A DNA stretch of 64,000 bases, taken from contig CBDUQR010000001.1 of the NCBI GenBank assembly GCA_965369655.1, positions 96,001 through 160,000 on the forward strand, in the 5' to 3' direction. The position numbers and the translations under genes are program-made. Source of the DNA: an uncultured bacterium (GTDB lineage Bacteria > Zixibacteria > MSB-5A5 > JAABVY01 > JAHJOQ01). Under the pieces are notes generated by a model, which made no database searches, was not told where the DNA came from, and worked only from the letters and a program-made list of their open reading frames with translations. Every line of letters begins with the position of its first letter. Within the stretch, counting starts at the first letter, position 1. Positions 7,935 to 16,219 of the stretch are shown one piece after another.

Positions 7935-10205
7935 ATGGCTCGGCTAATCTCAGCAAAACTGATCGCAATTCTCGCGGCACTGACATTTTGCAGCAATGCT
8001 TTCGGTATCATTATTGTCGAACGCAGGAACCCGAACGACAGATTCATCAGCCTCAAACAGCAGCATGTCGATGTATCGATAGTCGATGGCGTTTCTAAAA
8101 CGACAATCGAGCAGGTGTTCCACAACAGCGCCTCACGGCAACTCGAGGGAACGTATCTGTTCCCCATACCCGAAGGGGCGTCGGTCTCGAATTTCACGAT
8201 GATGATCGGCGGCGTCGAGGTCAAGGGCGAGATTCTCCCCAAGGATGAGGCTGCTCGCAAGTATCACGACATAGTCCGTCGGATGCGGGACCCCGGACTG
8301 CTCGAATACGTCGGAAAAGACCTGTTTCAGGCGCGAGTCTACCCGATTCCTCCTCACGGAGATGTCGCAATCAAAGTCCACTATCAGCAGGTGCTGCCTT
8401 ATGACAATGGTCTCGTGACATACAGGTTCACTTCTGAGGACCCGAAATTCTACAGCGCACCGATTAGGGACTACCGACTCAATATCGATATCCAGTCCAA
8501 GACCGAAATCAAGGCTGTCTATTCTCCTACGCACAATGTCGAGATCGACAGGCCGGACAATCGAAACGCGGATGTCCTTCTGACAAGAAACGACCTGTCG
8601 CGCACGAAGGATTTCGTGCTCTACTACACTGTGTCCAACAAGGATTTCGGGCTGAGCCTGTTGACATATTTCGATCCGGATGAGAAACAGGGCTATTTCG
8701 TGGGACTGATCGCTCCGGATCTTGCGCAGAGCGAAAAGACGCGAACACAGAAGAACGTACTCTTTGTTCTCGATGTCTCAGGATCGATGTCGGGCGAGAA
8801 GATCGAACAGGCGAAACAGGCTCTACAGTTCTGTCTCAATTCTCTCGACAGGAACGACCGTTTCTCGATAGTCAGCTATTCGGATATTGTAGATCGATTC
8901 TCCGACAGGATGATTCCGGCGACGCGCGACAACATAAGAAATGCACAGCAGTATGTCGACCGGCTAAGGGCTGCCGGAGGGACTGACATAAACGGAGCGC
9001 TCACTGAGGCAATGTCAATCGAGGGCGCGAGGGCGTATGCCGACTATATTATCTTCCTCACCGATGGTGAGCCGACTGTCGGCGAGACGAATCCGAAGAG
9101 GATCGCCGAGAATATCAGGGCGGCGAATATCAACAATTGGAAAGTCTTCTGCTTCGGCGTTGGGTATGATGTCGATGTTGACCTTCTCGATCAACTCGCG
9201 TCAGATTCCAGAGCGGTAGCATCATACGTCAGGCCGGGCGAGGATGTCGAGGTCAAGGTATCGAACTTTTTCGCGAAGATCTCTAATCCAGCGATGACCG
9301 GGATCAGACTCGTCTGCGATGACAACAGGTTGTCACAGGTGTTTCCTCGCAACCTGCCCGATCTTTTCTATGGCATGCAATTGGTCATTGCCGGCAGGTA
9401 CGACAATCCGGGCGGCGCGACAATCAGGCTCGAAGGTTTCGTGCAGGGCAAACCCAAGACATACACATACAGTGTCGAGTTGTCAGGTCGCGAGGGCGAC
9501 GACGAACTGATCCCGCGTCAGTGGGCGATCAGGCGAATCGGCTTCCTGCTCGAAGAGATCAACGGCGGCGGTGAGAATATCGAACTGAAAGAGGAGATAG
9601 TCAGGCTGTCGAAGAAATACGGCATCGTGACGCCGTACACATCGTTCTTCGTGGATGAGCCCGCGCGCCAGTTCTATTCAAATGGCGCTGATATTCGGCG
9701 AGACATTATGGAGATGTCCAAACCGACAAATAACGTTGTAATTGCAGACAAGATGGCTCTTCCCTATGGGGAGAGAAAGAAAGCAGCCGTGGACCATTCG
9801 CAGTTCTTGACGACAATGTCGGGAAAGTCAATAATCGTTGAAACGGATGAGTTTATCCCGCAGGACGGTGAAGCTGGCTCGTATGCACCCGCCACTGCAT
9901 TGGAAGAACAGGTGGCAGCGCAGGTCGGTTCGGCCAGACTCCGGCGACTAATCACGATCGGTGACAGGACATTCCAGAGAATCGGTAACGTCCTGTACGA
10001 CAGCAAGCTCGATGGTTCACAGGAGATATTCAAGATCATGATGTTCAGCGATGCATATTTCGAGCTGCTCGAATTGCGTCCTGAGATCGGCAAGTATCTT
10101 ACGACTGGCGACGAGATCATACTTGCCGTCGGCGATATCGCAATCCATTTCAGCGAGGAGGGCGACGACACACTAAGCGACAAAGTGAAACAACTGGTAA
10201 GCTGA
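7935..10205 (+). CDS. Secreted VIT (vault/inter-alpha-trypsin) + von Willebrand factor A domain protein
   Basis: SD GGGAGG; signal peptide; VIT 'EQVFHN..LEGTYLFPIPEGA'; MIDAS 'DVSGSM', 'GGTDI', 'FLTDG'; 'YGIVTPYTSF'. Confidence 0.9.
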   Translation: MARLISAKLIAILAALTFCSNAFGIIIVERRNPNDRFISLKQQHVDVSIVDGVSKTTIEQVFHNSASRQLEGTYLFPIPEGASVSNFTMMIGGVEVKGEILPKDEAARKYHDIVRRMRDPGLLEYVGKDLFQARVYPIPPHGDVAIKVHYQQVLPYDNGLVTYRFTSEDPKFYSAPIRDYRLNIDIQSKTEIKAVYSPTHNVEIDRPDNRNADVLLTRNDLSRTKDFVLYYTVSNKDFGLSLLTYFDPDEKQGYFVGLIAPDLAQSEKTRTQKNVLFVLDVSGSMSGEKIEQAKQALQFCLNSLDRNDRFSIVSYSDIVDRFSDRMIPATRDNIRNAQQYVDRLRAAGGTDINGALTEAMSIEGARAYADYIIFLTDGEPTVGETNPKRIAENIRAANINNWKVFCFGVGYDVDVDLLDQLASDSRAVASYVRPGEDVEVKVSNFFAKISNPAMTGIRLVCDDNRLSQVFPRNLPDLFYGMQLVIAGRYDNPGGATIRLEGFVQGKPKTYTYSVELSGREGDDELIPRQWAIRRIGFLLEEINGGGENIELKEEIVRLSKKYGIVTPYTSFFVDEPARQFYSNGADIRRDIMEMSKPTNNVVIADKMALPYGERKKAAVDHSQFLTTMSGKSIIVETDEFIPQDGEAGSYAPATALEEQVAAQVGSARLRRLITIGDRTFQRIGNVLYDSKLDGSQEIFKIMMFSDAYFELLELRPEIGKYLTTGDEIILAVGDIAIHFSEEGDDTLSDKVKQLVS

Positions 10206-10223
10206 CATATCCTCCGGGCTATG

Positions 10224-10253
10224 AAGGGCGCCTCAATCAGGCGCCCTTTTTGT
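10224..10253 (+). terminator. Rho-independent terminator
   Basis: AAGGGCGCCT-caatc-AGGCGCCCTT followed by T run. Confidence 0.85.
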
Positions 10254-10286
10254 TATTGACATCGAATCGCCGCCGGTTATTATTCA

Positions 10287-11033
10287 ATGTGTATGATTGT
10301 TTTCAAAGTTCTTCAAATCGCACTGCTGGTTCTGATCGCAATGTTTAACTTCGCTTCTGCAGAAAGCGACTCGGTGTTCTATTCGCCGGACTCTGACTCG
10401 TACAAAACAGAGCGACTTCAGATGGTCAGGAAGCAGATCGAATCGCGTGGTGTGACAGATGAGAAAGTCCTCGAAGCGATGCGGACTGTGCCAAGGCATC
10501 TTTTCGTACCCCGCTCGCATATCAAGCTTGCATACAGCGATGGCCCGCTCCCGATCGGACACGATCAGACGATCAGCCAGCCGTATATCGTCGCGCTGAT
10601 GACCGAACTACTCGAACTCGAAGGGGGAGAGCGTGTGCTGGAAATTGGCACGGGGTCAGGCTATCAAACAGCAGTGCTGGCCGAAATAGTCGATACAGTC
10701 TACTCGATTGAGATCATCTGTGAACTGACAAAGAGCGCGCAGGAGATTATTGATAAGCTCGGATACAGCAACACCCTGATCCGTTGTGCAGACGGCTACA
10801 GAGGAATACCTGATGCCGCGCCGTTTGACCGGGTGATCGTCACCGCCGCGCCGGACCATATCCCTGATCCATTGATTGAACAGCTCAGCGTCGGCGGGAA
10901 GATGGTGCTGCCGGTTGGTGATTTCTATCAGGAACTTGTAGTTGTCGAGAAGACCAAAGATGGCGTCATAAAGAAGAGATCGATCCCGGTCCGGTTCGTA
11001 CCGATGACCGGTGAAGCACAGGATAAAAAGTAG
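10287..11033 (+). CDS. pcm: Protein-L-isoaspartate O-methyltransferase with signal-peptide-like N-terminus
   Basis: 'VPRHLF', 'QTISQPYIVA', 'VLEIGTGSGYQ', 'VRFVPM'; TTGACA-16-TATTAT promoter at 10256-10283. Confidence 0.95.
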   Translation: MCMIVFKVLQIALLVLIAMFNFASAESDSVFYSPDSDSYKTERLQMVRKQIESRGVTDEKVLEAMRTVPRHLFVPRSHIKLAYSDGPLPIGHDQTISQPYIVALMTELLELEGGERVLEIGTGSGYQTAVLAEIVDTVYSIEIICELTKSAQEIIDKLGYSNTLIRCADGYRGIPDAAPFDRVIVTAAPDHIPDPLIEQLSVGGKMVLPVGDFYQELVVVEKTKDGVIKKRSIPVRFVPMTGEAQDKK

Positions 11034-11042
11034 GAGGTCGTT

Positions 11043-11222
11043 ATGTTTCTCGGATTCCTTCTGGTCATTCTTGGCGCGATCTTCCTTCTCCGCAATATGG
11101 GTATCCTTCCATTCTGGTACGGCTGGAGCGAACTCTGGCCGGTCCTTCTGATAGCACTCGGACTCGCCATGGTCGGCGACAGCATCTTCAAGAAATCGAA
11201 GAAGAAAAATAAGCCGGAATAA
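11043..11222 (+). CDS. Small membrane protein (LiaF-TM/DUF5668-like, 59 aa), not in ORF track
   Basis: SD AGGAGG; MFLGFLLVILGAIFLLRNMGILPFWYGWSELWPVLLIALGLAMVGDSIFKKSKKKNKPE. Confidence 0.85.
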   Translation: MFLGFLLVILGAIFLLRNMGILPFWYGWSELWPVLLIALGLAMVGDSIFKKSKKKNKPE

Positions 11223-11299
11223 CCTATAGGTGGTGCGCTCAAGCTGTGATTGGGTTTGCATTCCTACGCCAAGGTGTGGACCGCAGGTATTTACGCGAG

Positions 11300-11875
11300 T
11301 TAGGCAATCATGGAACCAGACATGCACGTGTCAACAATCTCATGCCAGTCGCTGCATCGGACAAACCTACCTTGCGCATTAATGGAATGGTTCCACGGTG
11401 CATCAAGAAGGCATGATATATCTGCGAAATCGGATGCTGCAATAACCTCTCTAAGATCATCGTCAATAACAACTTCAGCCATAGGATATAGGTCAGATTT
11501 ACTTGCTACTGTGGAATGGCTTTCATGCAAAGACATGAACGCATGAAAGTCAAGCCCATTGTCGCGAAGCCACTTCTTTGTTTTTGAGTGGAGAGATATT
11601 GGTCTGCTGGTAGCAACAACGATACGAAACTTCGTCGCAAGTTTTTCCAATCCCTCAGCAGCTCCTTCGACCAATTGCATTTTCGAATAATCAAGTCGTT
11701 GAAATACCTTTTTGAAATCACTTTCTTTGACTCCTACAACCCTATCGATTTCGAACATCCGAATGTCGGTTCTGTTCAGATTGCAGTCATAAAGACTATT
11801 AATAACAGGGATTGCAGAACCTACAAGATCACAGATGACACCATCAACGTCTACCACTATGACTTTTCTATCCAT
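11300..11875 (-). CDS. HAD-family 5'(3')-nucleotidase, NT5C-like
   Basis: DVDGVICD (motif I), ATSRP (II), 'TKKWL', IDDD (IV), 'DAPWN'; AT-richer than flanks. Confidence 0.85.
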   Translation of the reverse strand: MDRKVIVVDVDGVICDLVGSAIPVINSLYDCNLNRTDIRMFEIDRVVGVKESDFKKVFQRLDYSKMQLVEGAAEGLEKLATKFRIVVATSRPISLHSKTKKWLRDNGLDFHAFMSLHESHSTVASKSDLYPMAEVVIDDDLREVIAASDFADISCLLDAPWNHSINAQGRFVRCSDWHEIVDTCMSGSMIA

Positions 11876-11892
11876 CGAACCTAGCCCCGTAT

Positions 11893-12483
11893 CTAATTGA
11901 CGATGTACTTAATAACGAGCACTGAGACTATTGGTATTCCATAGAACAGGATGACCAGCCTTTTGGCTGCTGGCGGGTGAACGACTCTGCTTATGCTAGT
12001 AGTCAGGCCAAAGAGACCAAACCTCTTTCCTAAGTCCGACTCGTCGAACTTCAAGGCCTGCGCCACCGAACCTAGGAGAAGTTGGTGATAATAGAAGTAG
12101 TCCATTACGAAGGCTATTGCCCATAGGATTAGTAGGAGGAAAAAGAAAATGAGAAAATGCTCCTCGTTAATCTTCTCGGCCTTCTGTAAAGCCACGCTTG
12201 CCCCTACTAACGTTATGAAAGCTGTCAGGACAATGGACCGAAACCGTATAATCAGATCATTGAAGTGCATTTGCGTCTCAATGATGGTTTTCCATTCTGT
12301 TTGGTAAAGCGGGATTACTGCCTTTTCCTGATCTGAAATATCCGGGACCGGATATGGCAACCTATTAACCGGCGTATCCTTACCTTTACTCTTACCTTTG
12401 CCAACTACAATGCGATCAATTGTAATAACAATTGCGGTGTAAATGATTACAAGAAGAATAAGAACAGGTATCGATATTGTCAC
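11893..12483 (-). CDS. Uncharacterised multi-TM membrane protein
   Basis: GTG start after GAGGGAG; about 4 hydrophobic helices; 'EWKTIIETQMHFNDLIIRFRS' helix before a TM hairpin; AT-rich. Confidence 0.7.
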   Translation of the reverse strand: MTISIPVLILLVIIYTAIVITIDRIVVGKGKSKGKDTPVNRLPYPVPDISDQEKAVIPLYQTEWKTIIETQMHFNDLIIRFRSIVLTAFITLVGASVALQKAEKINEEHFLIFFFLLLILWAIAFVMDYFYYHQLLLGSVAQALKFDESDLGKRFGLFGLTTSISRVVHPPAAKRLVILFYGIPIVSVLVIKYIVN

Positions 12484-12750
12484 AACCTTCTCCCTCAAAG
12501 TGATTGTGTTGTGTGCATCAGACAGACAACTCAAACAGTTTCGATCCGCACAAAGTCAGTCACGCGGTTGTTCCAGCCCGACTACTATTGATTCGCAACT
12601 TAATGTAAACTAATGCATTTCGAAGCACTAAGTCAATCACAAAACGCAATAGGGCCGGGTGCAATCATCCGGGGTGCTTTTTGAAAAATTCAAACTGATC
12701 GCCATACTACAGTCCAGTAGCCCAGTAGCGCCTCACTCCTGCGTAACAAA

Positions 12751-12889
12751 TAGCAGGTGTCGAGGACACCTGCTCTACAAGAACTGTGACAGATACTGAG
12801 ATCGCCACGTCGCTCCGCTCCTCGCGATGACACCGCCCGCTCTCGGCGGTCGCAAGAACTGCCGGAACGGACGCTTTGGGAACAACCTC
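12751..12889. repeat. REP cluster: GTAG-type hairpin, CGTC-type unit (12798-12832) and degenerate MITE end
   Basis: AGCAGGTGTC-gag-GACACCTGCT; GAGATCGCCACGTCGCTCCGCTCCTCGCGATGACA; CGCAAGAACTGCCGGAA...TTTGGGAACAACCTC similar to 22357-22396. Confidence 0.75.
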
Positions 12890-12967
12890 CTCCGTACCCC
12901 ATCGCGGAAAAGCATCGAATCTGCTTGACAATTACCGCGCCATTTGTATCATTGGCTGCCGTATCTG

Positions 12968-13531
12968 ATGATTAGACTCGTTGCTGGACTCGGGAATCCG
13001 GGAAAGAAATACATCAAGACCAGACACAACCTTGGTTTCATGGTTGTCGAACGGTTAGCTGACAAGTACGAGTCCGGCTTCAGAAAGAAGAAAGGAGATT
13101 TCAGGCAGAGTTCAGTCGCAATCGGCAGTGGCAATGTCATTCTGATCAAGCCGACCACATTCATGAATCTCTCGGGAGTGGCGGTGAGGCAGGCGGCTGA
13201 CTATCATGGATTTAGACCGTCGGAGATTCTGATCGTAAGCGATGACATCAATCTCCCCCTGGGAAAGATAAGGATAAGGAGCGGTGGTTCCGACGGCGGG
13301 CATAAAGGCCTGAAATCAGTTATACAGGAGTTAGGATCAGAGGAGTTTCGTCGCGTACGTCTGGGGATTGGTCTGCCAGAAGAGATTGACGTCCCGGTAG
13401 ATGCGTATGTCCTGGAGAAGTTCTCCGAAGACGAACAGAAGACCGTTGAAGAGATGATAAAAACTGCGGTTTCCGCTGTCGAGCAAATTATACAAGACGG
13501 CGTTGAGGCTGCACAGGTAACATTCAATTAA
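12968..13531 (+). CDS. pth: Peptidyl-tRNA hydrolase
   Basis: GLGNPG, TRHNLGF, KPTTFMNLSG, GGHKGLKS; TTGACA-16-TATCAT upstream. Confidence 0.97.
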   Translation: MIRLVAGLGNPGKKYIKTRHNLGFMVVERLADKYESGFRKKKGDFRQSSVAIGSGNVILIKPTTFMNLSGVAVRQAADYHGFRPSEILIVSDDINLPLGKIRIRSGGSDGGHKGLKSVIQELGSEEFRRVRLGIGLPEEIDVPVDAYVLEKFSEDEQKTVEEMIKTAVSAVEQIIQDGVEAAQVTFN

Positions 13532-13532
13532 C

Positions 13533-13581
13533 CACCCTGCTTTCTCGACGCGAGAAGGCCGGAAGACCGGAGGGAGGTTTC
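13533..13581 (+). promoter_or_regulatory. Putative S6:S18 ribosomal-protein leader RNA
   Basis: CCCTGC-[TTCTCG acg CGAGAA hairpin]-GGCCG-gaaga-CC-GGAGGGAGG directly before rpsF. Confidence 0.6.
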
Positions 13582-13920
13582 ATGAAGCTCTACGAAACCG
13601 GCATTATTCTCAGTTCACTGCTCGAAGAATCCCAGATCACCCGTCAGACTGAGCAGATTCAGTCGCTCATTACCGACAACGGCGGCAAGATTATTGACGT
13701 CGATCGCTGGGGAATGAGGAAGCTGGCCTATGAGATCAAGAAGATGCAGCAGGGATTCTATGTGTTCTTCCGCTACGAAGCCGACGGCAGCGTGCCACAG
13801 AAGCTGGAGAAAGCATTTCAGGTGAACGAGTCTGTGCTGAGGTTCCTGACGACAGTCCCTGACAAGGCCGAAGAAAGCCGGAAGCCAAGTGAAGAGACTT
13901 CGGAGGCGCCATCGTATTGA
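13582..13920 (+). CDS. rpsF: 30S ribosomal protein S6
   Basis: YET, WGMRKLAYEIKK, GFY, VLRFL. Confidence 0.97.
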   Translation: MKLYETGIILSSLLEESQITRQTEQIQSLITDNGGKIIDVDRWGMRKLAYEIKKMQQGFYVFFRYEADGSVPQKLEKAFQVNESVLRFLTTVPDKAEESRKPSEETSEAPSY

Positions 13921-13992
13921 TCCGTTTAGCCGCATGGCGCACATCGGCGTCTGCAGGGAAATTCAAATTCAAATATTGGGAGAGTCATAGTT

Positions 13993-14238
13993 GTGAAGCG
14001 TAGATCAATGGGATTCGATAATCGAAGAAAACGGCGTGGTCGGTTCGCCGATATCAAGCTCGGAATAATCGACTATAAAGATGACAAGCTCTTAAGGAAG
14101 TTCATCACCGAGAATGGCAAGATTATCCCGCGCAGAGTCACCGGGGTGTCGGCCAAGACACAGCGGAAACTCTGTCGTGCGATAAAGCGAGCGCGGATGA
14201 TGGCGCTACTGCCGTTTGTCGAGGAGGCATACAGGTAG
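13993..14238 (+). CDS. rpsR: 30S ribosomal protein S18
   Basis: [30 protein letters not shown]. Confidence 0.97.
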   Translation: MKRRSMGFDNRRKRRGRFADIKLGIIDYKDDKLLRKFITENGKIIPRRVTGVSAKTQRKLCRAIKRARMMALLPFVEEAYR

Positions 14239-14245
14239 GGAAAGG

Positions 14246-15208
14246 ATGCCCTCGTTGCGAACGAAGCTGAGTTTAGCTGCGGTCGGCATGGTGGCGTCGT
14301 ACAATGCACTCTGCTGGCTACCTGCAAGTATCTGGGCGTTCGCCATTGCATCTTCCACCGGCCTTGTATTTCTCCTTGCTGTGCGCCCGCTCAGGTATGG
14401 CGCCGCTCTGATGATCGCATCGATGATCGTCGGAGTATTGACAGCGAGGATGCTGCCCGATGGTTACACATATTACTTTGTGGGATTTACACTCATGCTC
14501 GTCGCACTCCCGAGCGCAATCATGGCTGCCGGTATCAGAAACGGGATATCGGCTCACAGGACTCAACTTTGGGCGCTTCTTCCAATCTCGATCCTGCTGT
14601 TCCTGTATGTCATGAATGTGTATGGCGCTGCAACTCTCTGGAGGGAAGTGATCGATGGGATGAGTATGAATACCGTCGAGTGGTACAGTGAGGCGATAAA
14701 CTCTATGCCTGGGACCATTTCAGCCGAGGAAGCCGAGCGATTGAAAGGACTTGTTACAGACTTGTTCAATTTCCTGTACAGGTTCACGCCGGGACTGCTC
14801 ATAACCCTGGCGGCAGCGGTCAATATTGCGTCATACTTCTTCGCAGGTAAGATGATTCGCGTCGAGGGAGGATTCTATAGACGAATGATGGGATTCGGAC
14901 TATGGAAAGCAGGCGTCATTCACATGGCGCTTCTGGCAGTCGGGATCGTAACGTGGATGACGCGGATCGAAGCGATAATACCGCTCTCGGAGAATCTGCT
15001 GTTCCTGCTCGGCATCGTATATATGGTGGCGGGTTTTTCGGTCATCGACCACTATTTGAAGAAATACAGAATACATGCTGCACTCCGGACGGCATTTGTA
15101 GTAGCACTGATCCTGTCGGGCTGGTTCGGAGGACTGCTGGCCGCCATAGTCGGCCTGGTCGATTCTCATTTCGACTTCAGGCGCGTGCGGGCGCAGCAGA
15201 TCGGATGA
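14246..15208 (+). CDS. DUF2232 (YybS-like) membrane protein
   Basis: Polytopic; C-terminal 'GLVDSHFDFRR'; conserved position between rpsR and rplI. Confidence 0.85.
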   Translation: MPSLRTKLSLAAVGMVASYNALCWLPASIWAFAIASSTGLVFLLAVRPLRYGAALMIASMIVGVLTARMLPDGYTYYFVGFTLMLVALPSAIMAAGIRNGISAHRTQLWALLPISILLFLYVMNVYGAATLWREVIDGMSMNTVEWYSEAINSMPGTISAEEAERLKGLVTDLFNFLYRFTPGLLITLAAAVNIASYFFAGKMIRVEGGFYRRMMGFGLWKAGVIHMALLAVGIVTWMTRIEAIIPLSENLLFLLGIVYMVAGFSVIDHYLKKYRIHAALRTAFVVALILSGWFGGLLAAIVGLVDSHFDFRRVRAQQIG

Positions 15209-15263
15209 AATATCCCTTTGCTATGAACAACAAGAGTGCGTACATATAGAGAGGTGAATTCAG

Positions 15264-15710
15264 ATGAAAGTGATTTTGAGAGAAGATATGGATAATCTCG
15301 GCAAATGCGGGGATATCATAGAGGTCAAGAACGGGTTCGGGCGGAACTACCTGCTGCCTCGCAACCTGGCCATTCCGGCGACTAAGGGAAACCTGAAGTC
15401 TATAGGCGAGGTCACGGCGCAGAAAGAGCTCCGTGATAAGAAATACCGCAGGGAAGCCGAAAGAATCAAAGATCGCATCGAGAGAATCTCCTGTACCGCC
15501 GAGGTCAATGTTGGCGAAGAGGATAAGATGTTCGGATCGATAACGTCGGCCATCATCGTCGGTTTGCTCAAAGAGGAAGGCGTCGAGATCGATCGTCGCA
15601 AGATCATGCTCGATGAACCGATCAAGAACCTGGGAGTCTACACAATTCCGGTGAAGATAGCTCCGGATGTTGTCGCTAATCTCAAACTCTGGGTGGTCAA
15701 GAAGAGTTGA
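15264..15710 (+). CDS. rplI: 50S ribosomal protein L9
   Basis: MKVILRED..LGK.GD..VKNGFGRNYLLP; MFGSIT; PIKNLG. Confidence 0.98.
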   Translation: MKVILREDMDNLGKCGDIIEVKNGFGRNYLLPRNLAIPATKGNLKSIGEVTAQKELRDKKYRREAERIKDRIERISCTAEVNVGEEDKMFGSITSAIIVGLLKEEGVEIDRRKIMLDEPIKNLGVYTIPVKIAPDVVANLKLWVVKKS

Positions 15711-16219
15711 CGTCGGACAACGAAGAAAAAGTCGATTTGGTGGAAGTGAGCGTTAACGGGCTTGCTCTGGATGTCACCACCAACTCGCCGGTCGTGTTGC
15801 TCGGACCTGTGAATTCCGAGAAGGTCTTGCCGATCTGGATCGGCCACTATGAAGCGTGGGCGATTGCCATGGAGATGTCAGGCATGCCGTCAAAGAGACC
15901 TATGACGCACGACCTTCTCAGGACGGTGATAGAAGGTCTAAAGGCAGAGGTCGTCAGGGTTGAGATATTCGATCTCAAGGATCAGACATTCTACGCGCGG
16001 GTTATCTTAAGAAATAACGGGAACGAACTCGATATCGATGCGCGGCCTTCGGATTCGATAGCCCTTGCGCTCAAGGCAAAGGCTCCAATCTTCGCCAACC
16101 CCAAGTTGTTCGACCTGAAGCAGCCTCCTTCGGACAGCAAGCAAGCTGCAGATCCGCAGGAACTCAAGGATCGCCTGAAAAGGATCAATCCAGAGGACTT
16201 CGGCAAGTACTCCCTCTGA
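15707..16219 (+). CDS. Bifunctional nuclease family protein (DUF151)
   Basis: LPIWIG..EA, RPMTHDLL, FYA, DARPSDSIALA. Confidence 0.92.
   Translation: MTSDNEEKVDLVEVSVNGLALDVTTNSPVVLLGPVNSEKVLPIWIGHYEAWAIAMEMSGMPSKRPMTHDLLRTVIEGLKAEVVRVEIFDLKDQTFYARVILRNNGNELDIDARPSDSIALALKAKAPIFANPKLFDLKQPPSDSKQAADPQELKDRLKRINPEDFGKYSL

Noticed and set aside
11218-11305. Integron attC after the NT5C gene (GCCTAAC on minus strand)
   Set aside because: No matching L'/L'' pairing or complementary GTTRRRY, and no integrase.
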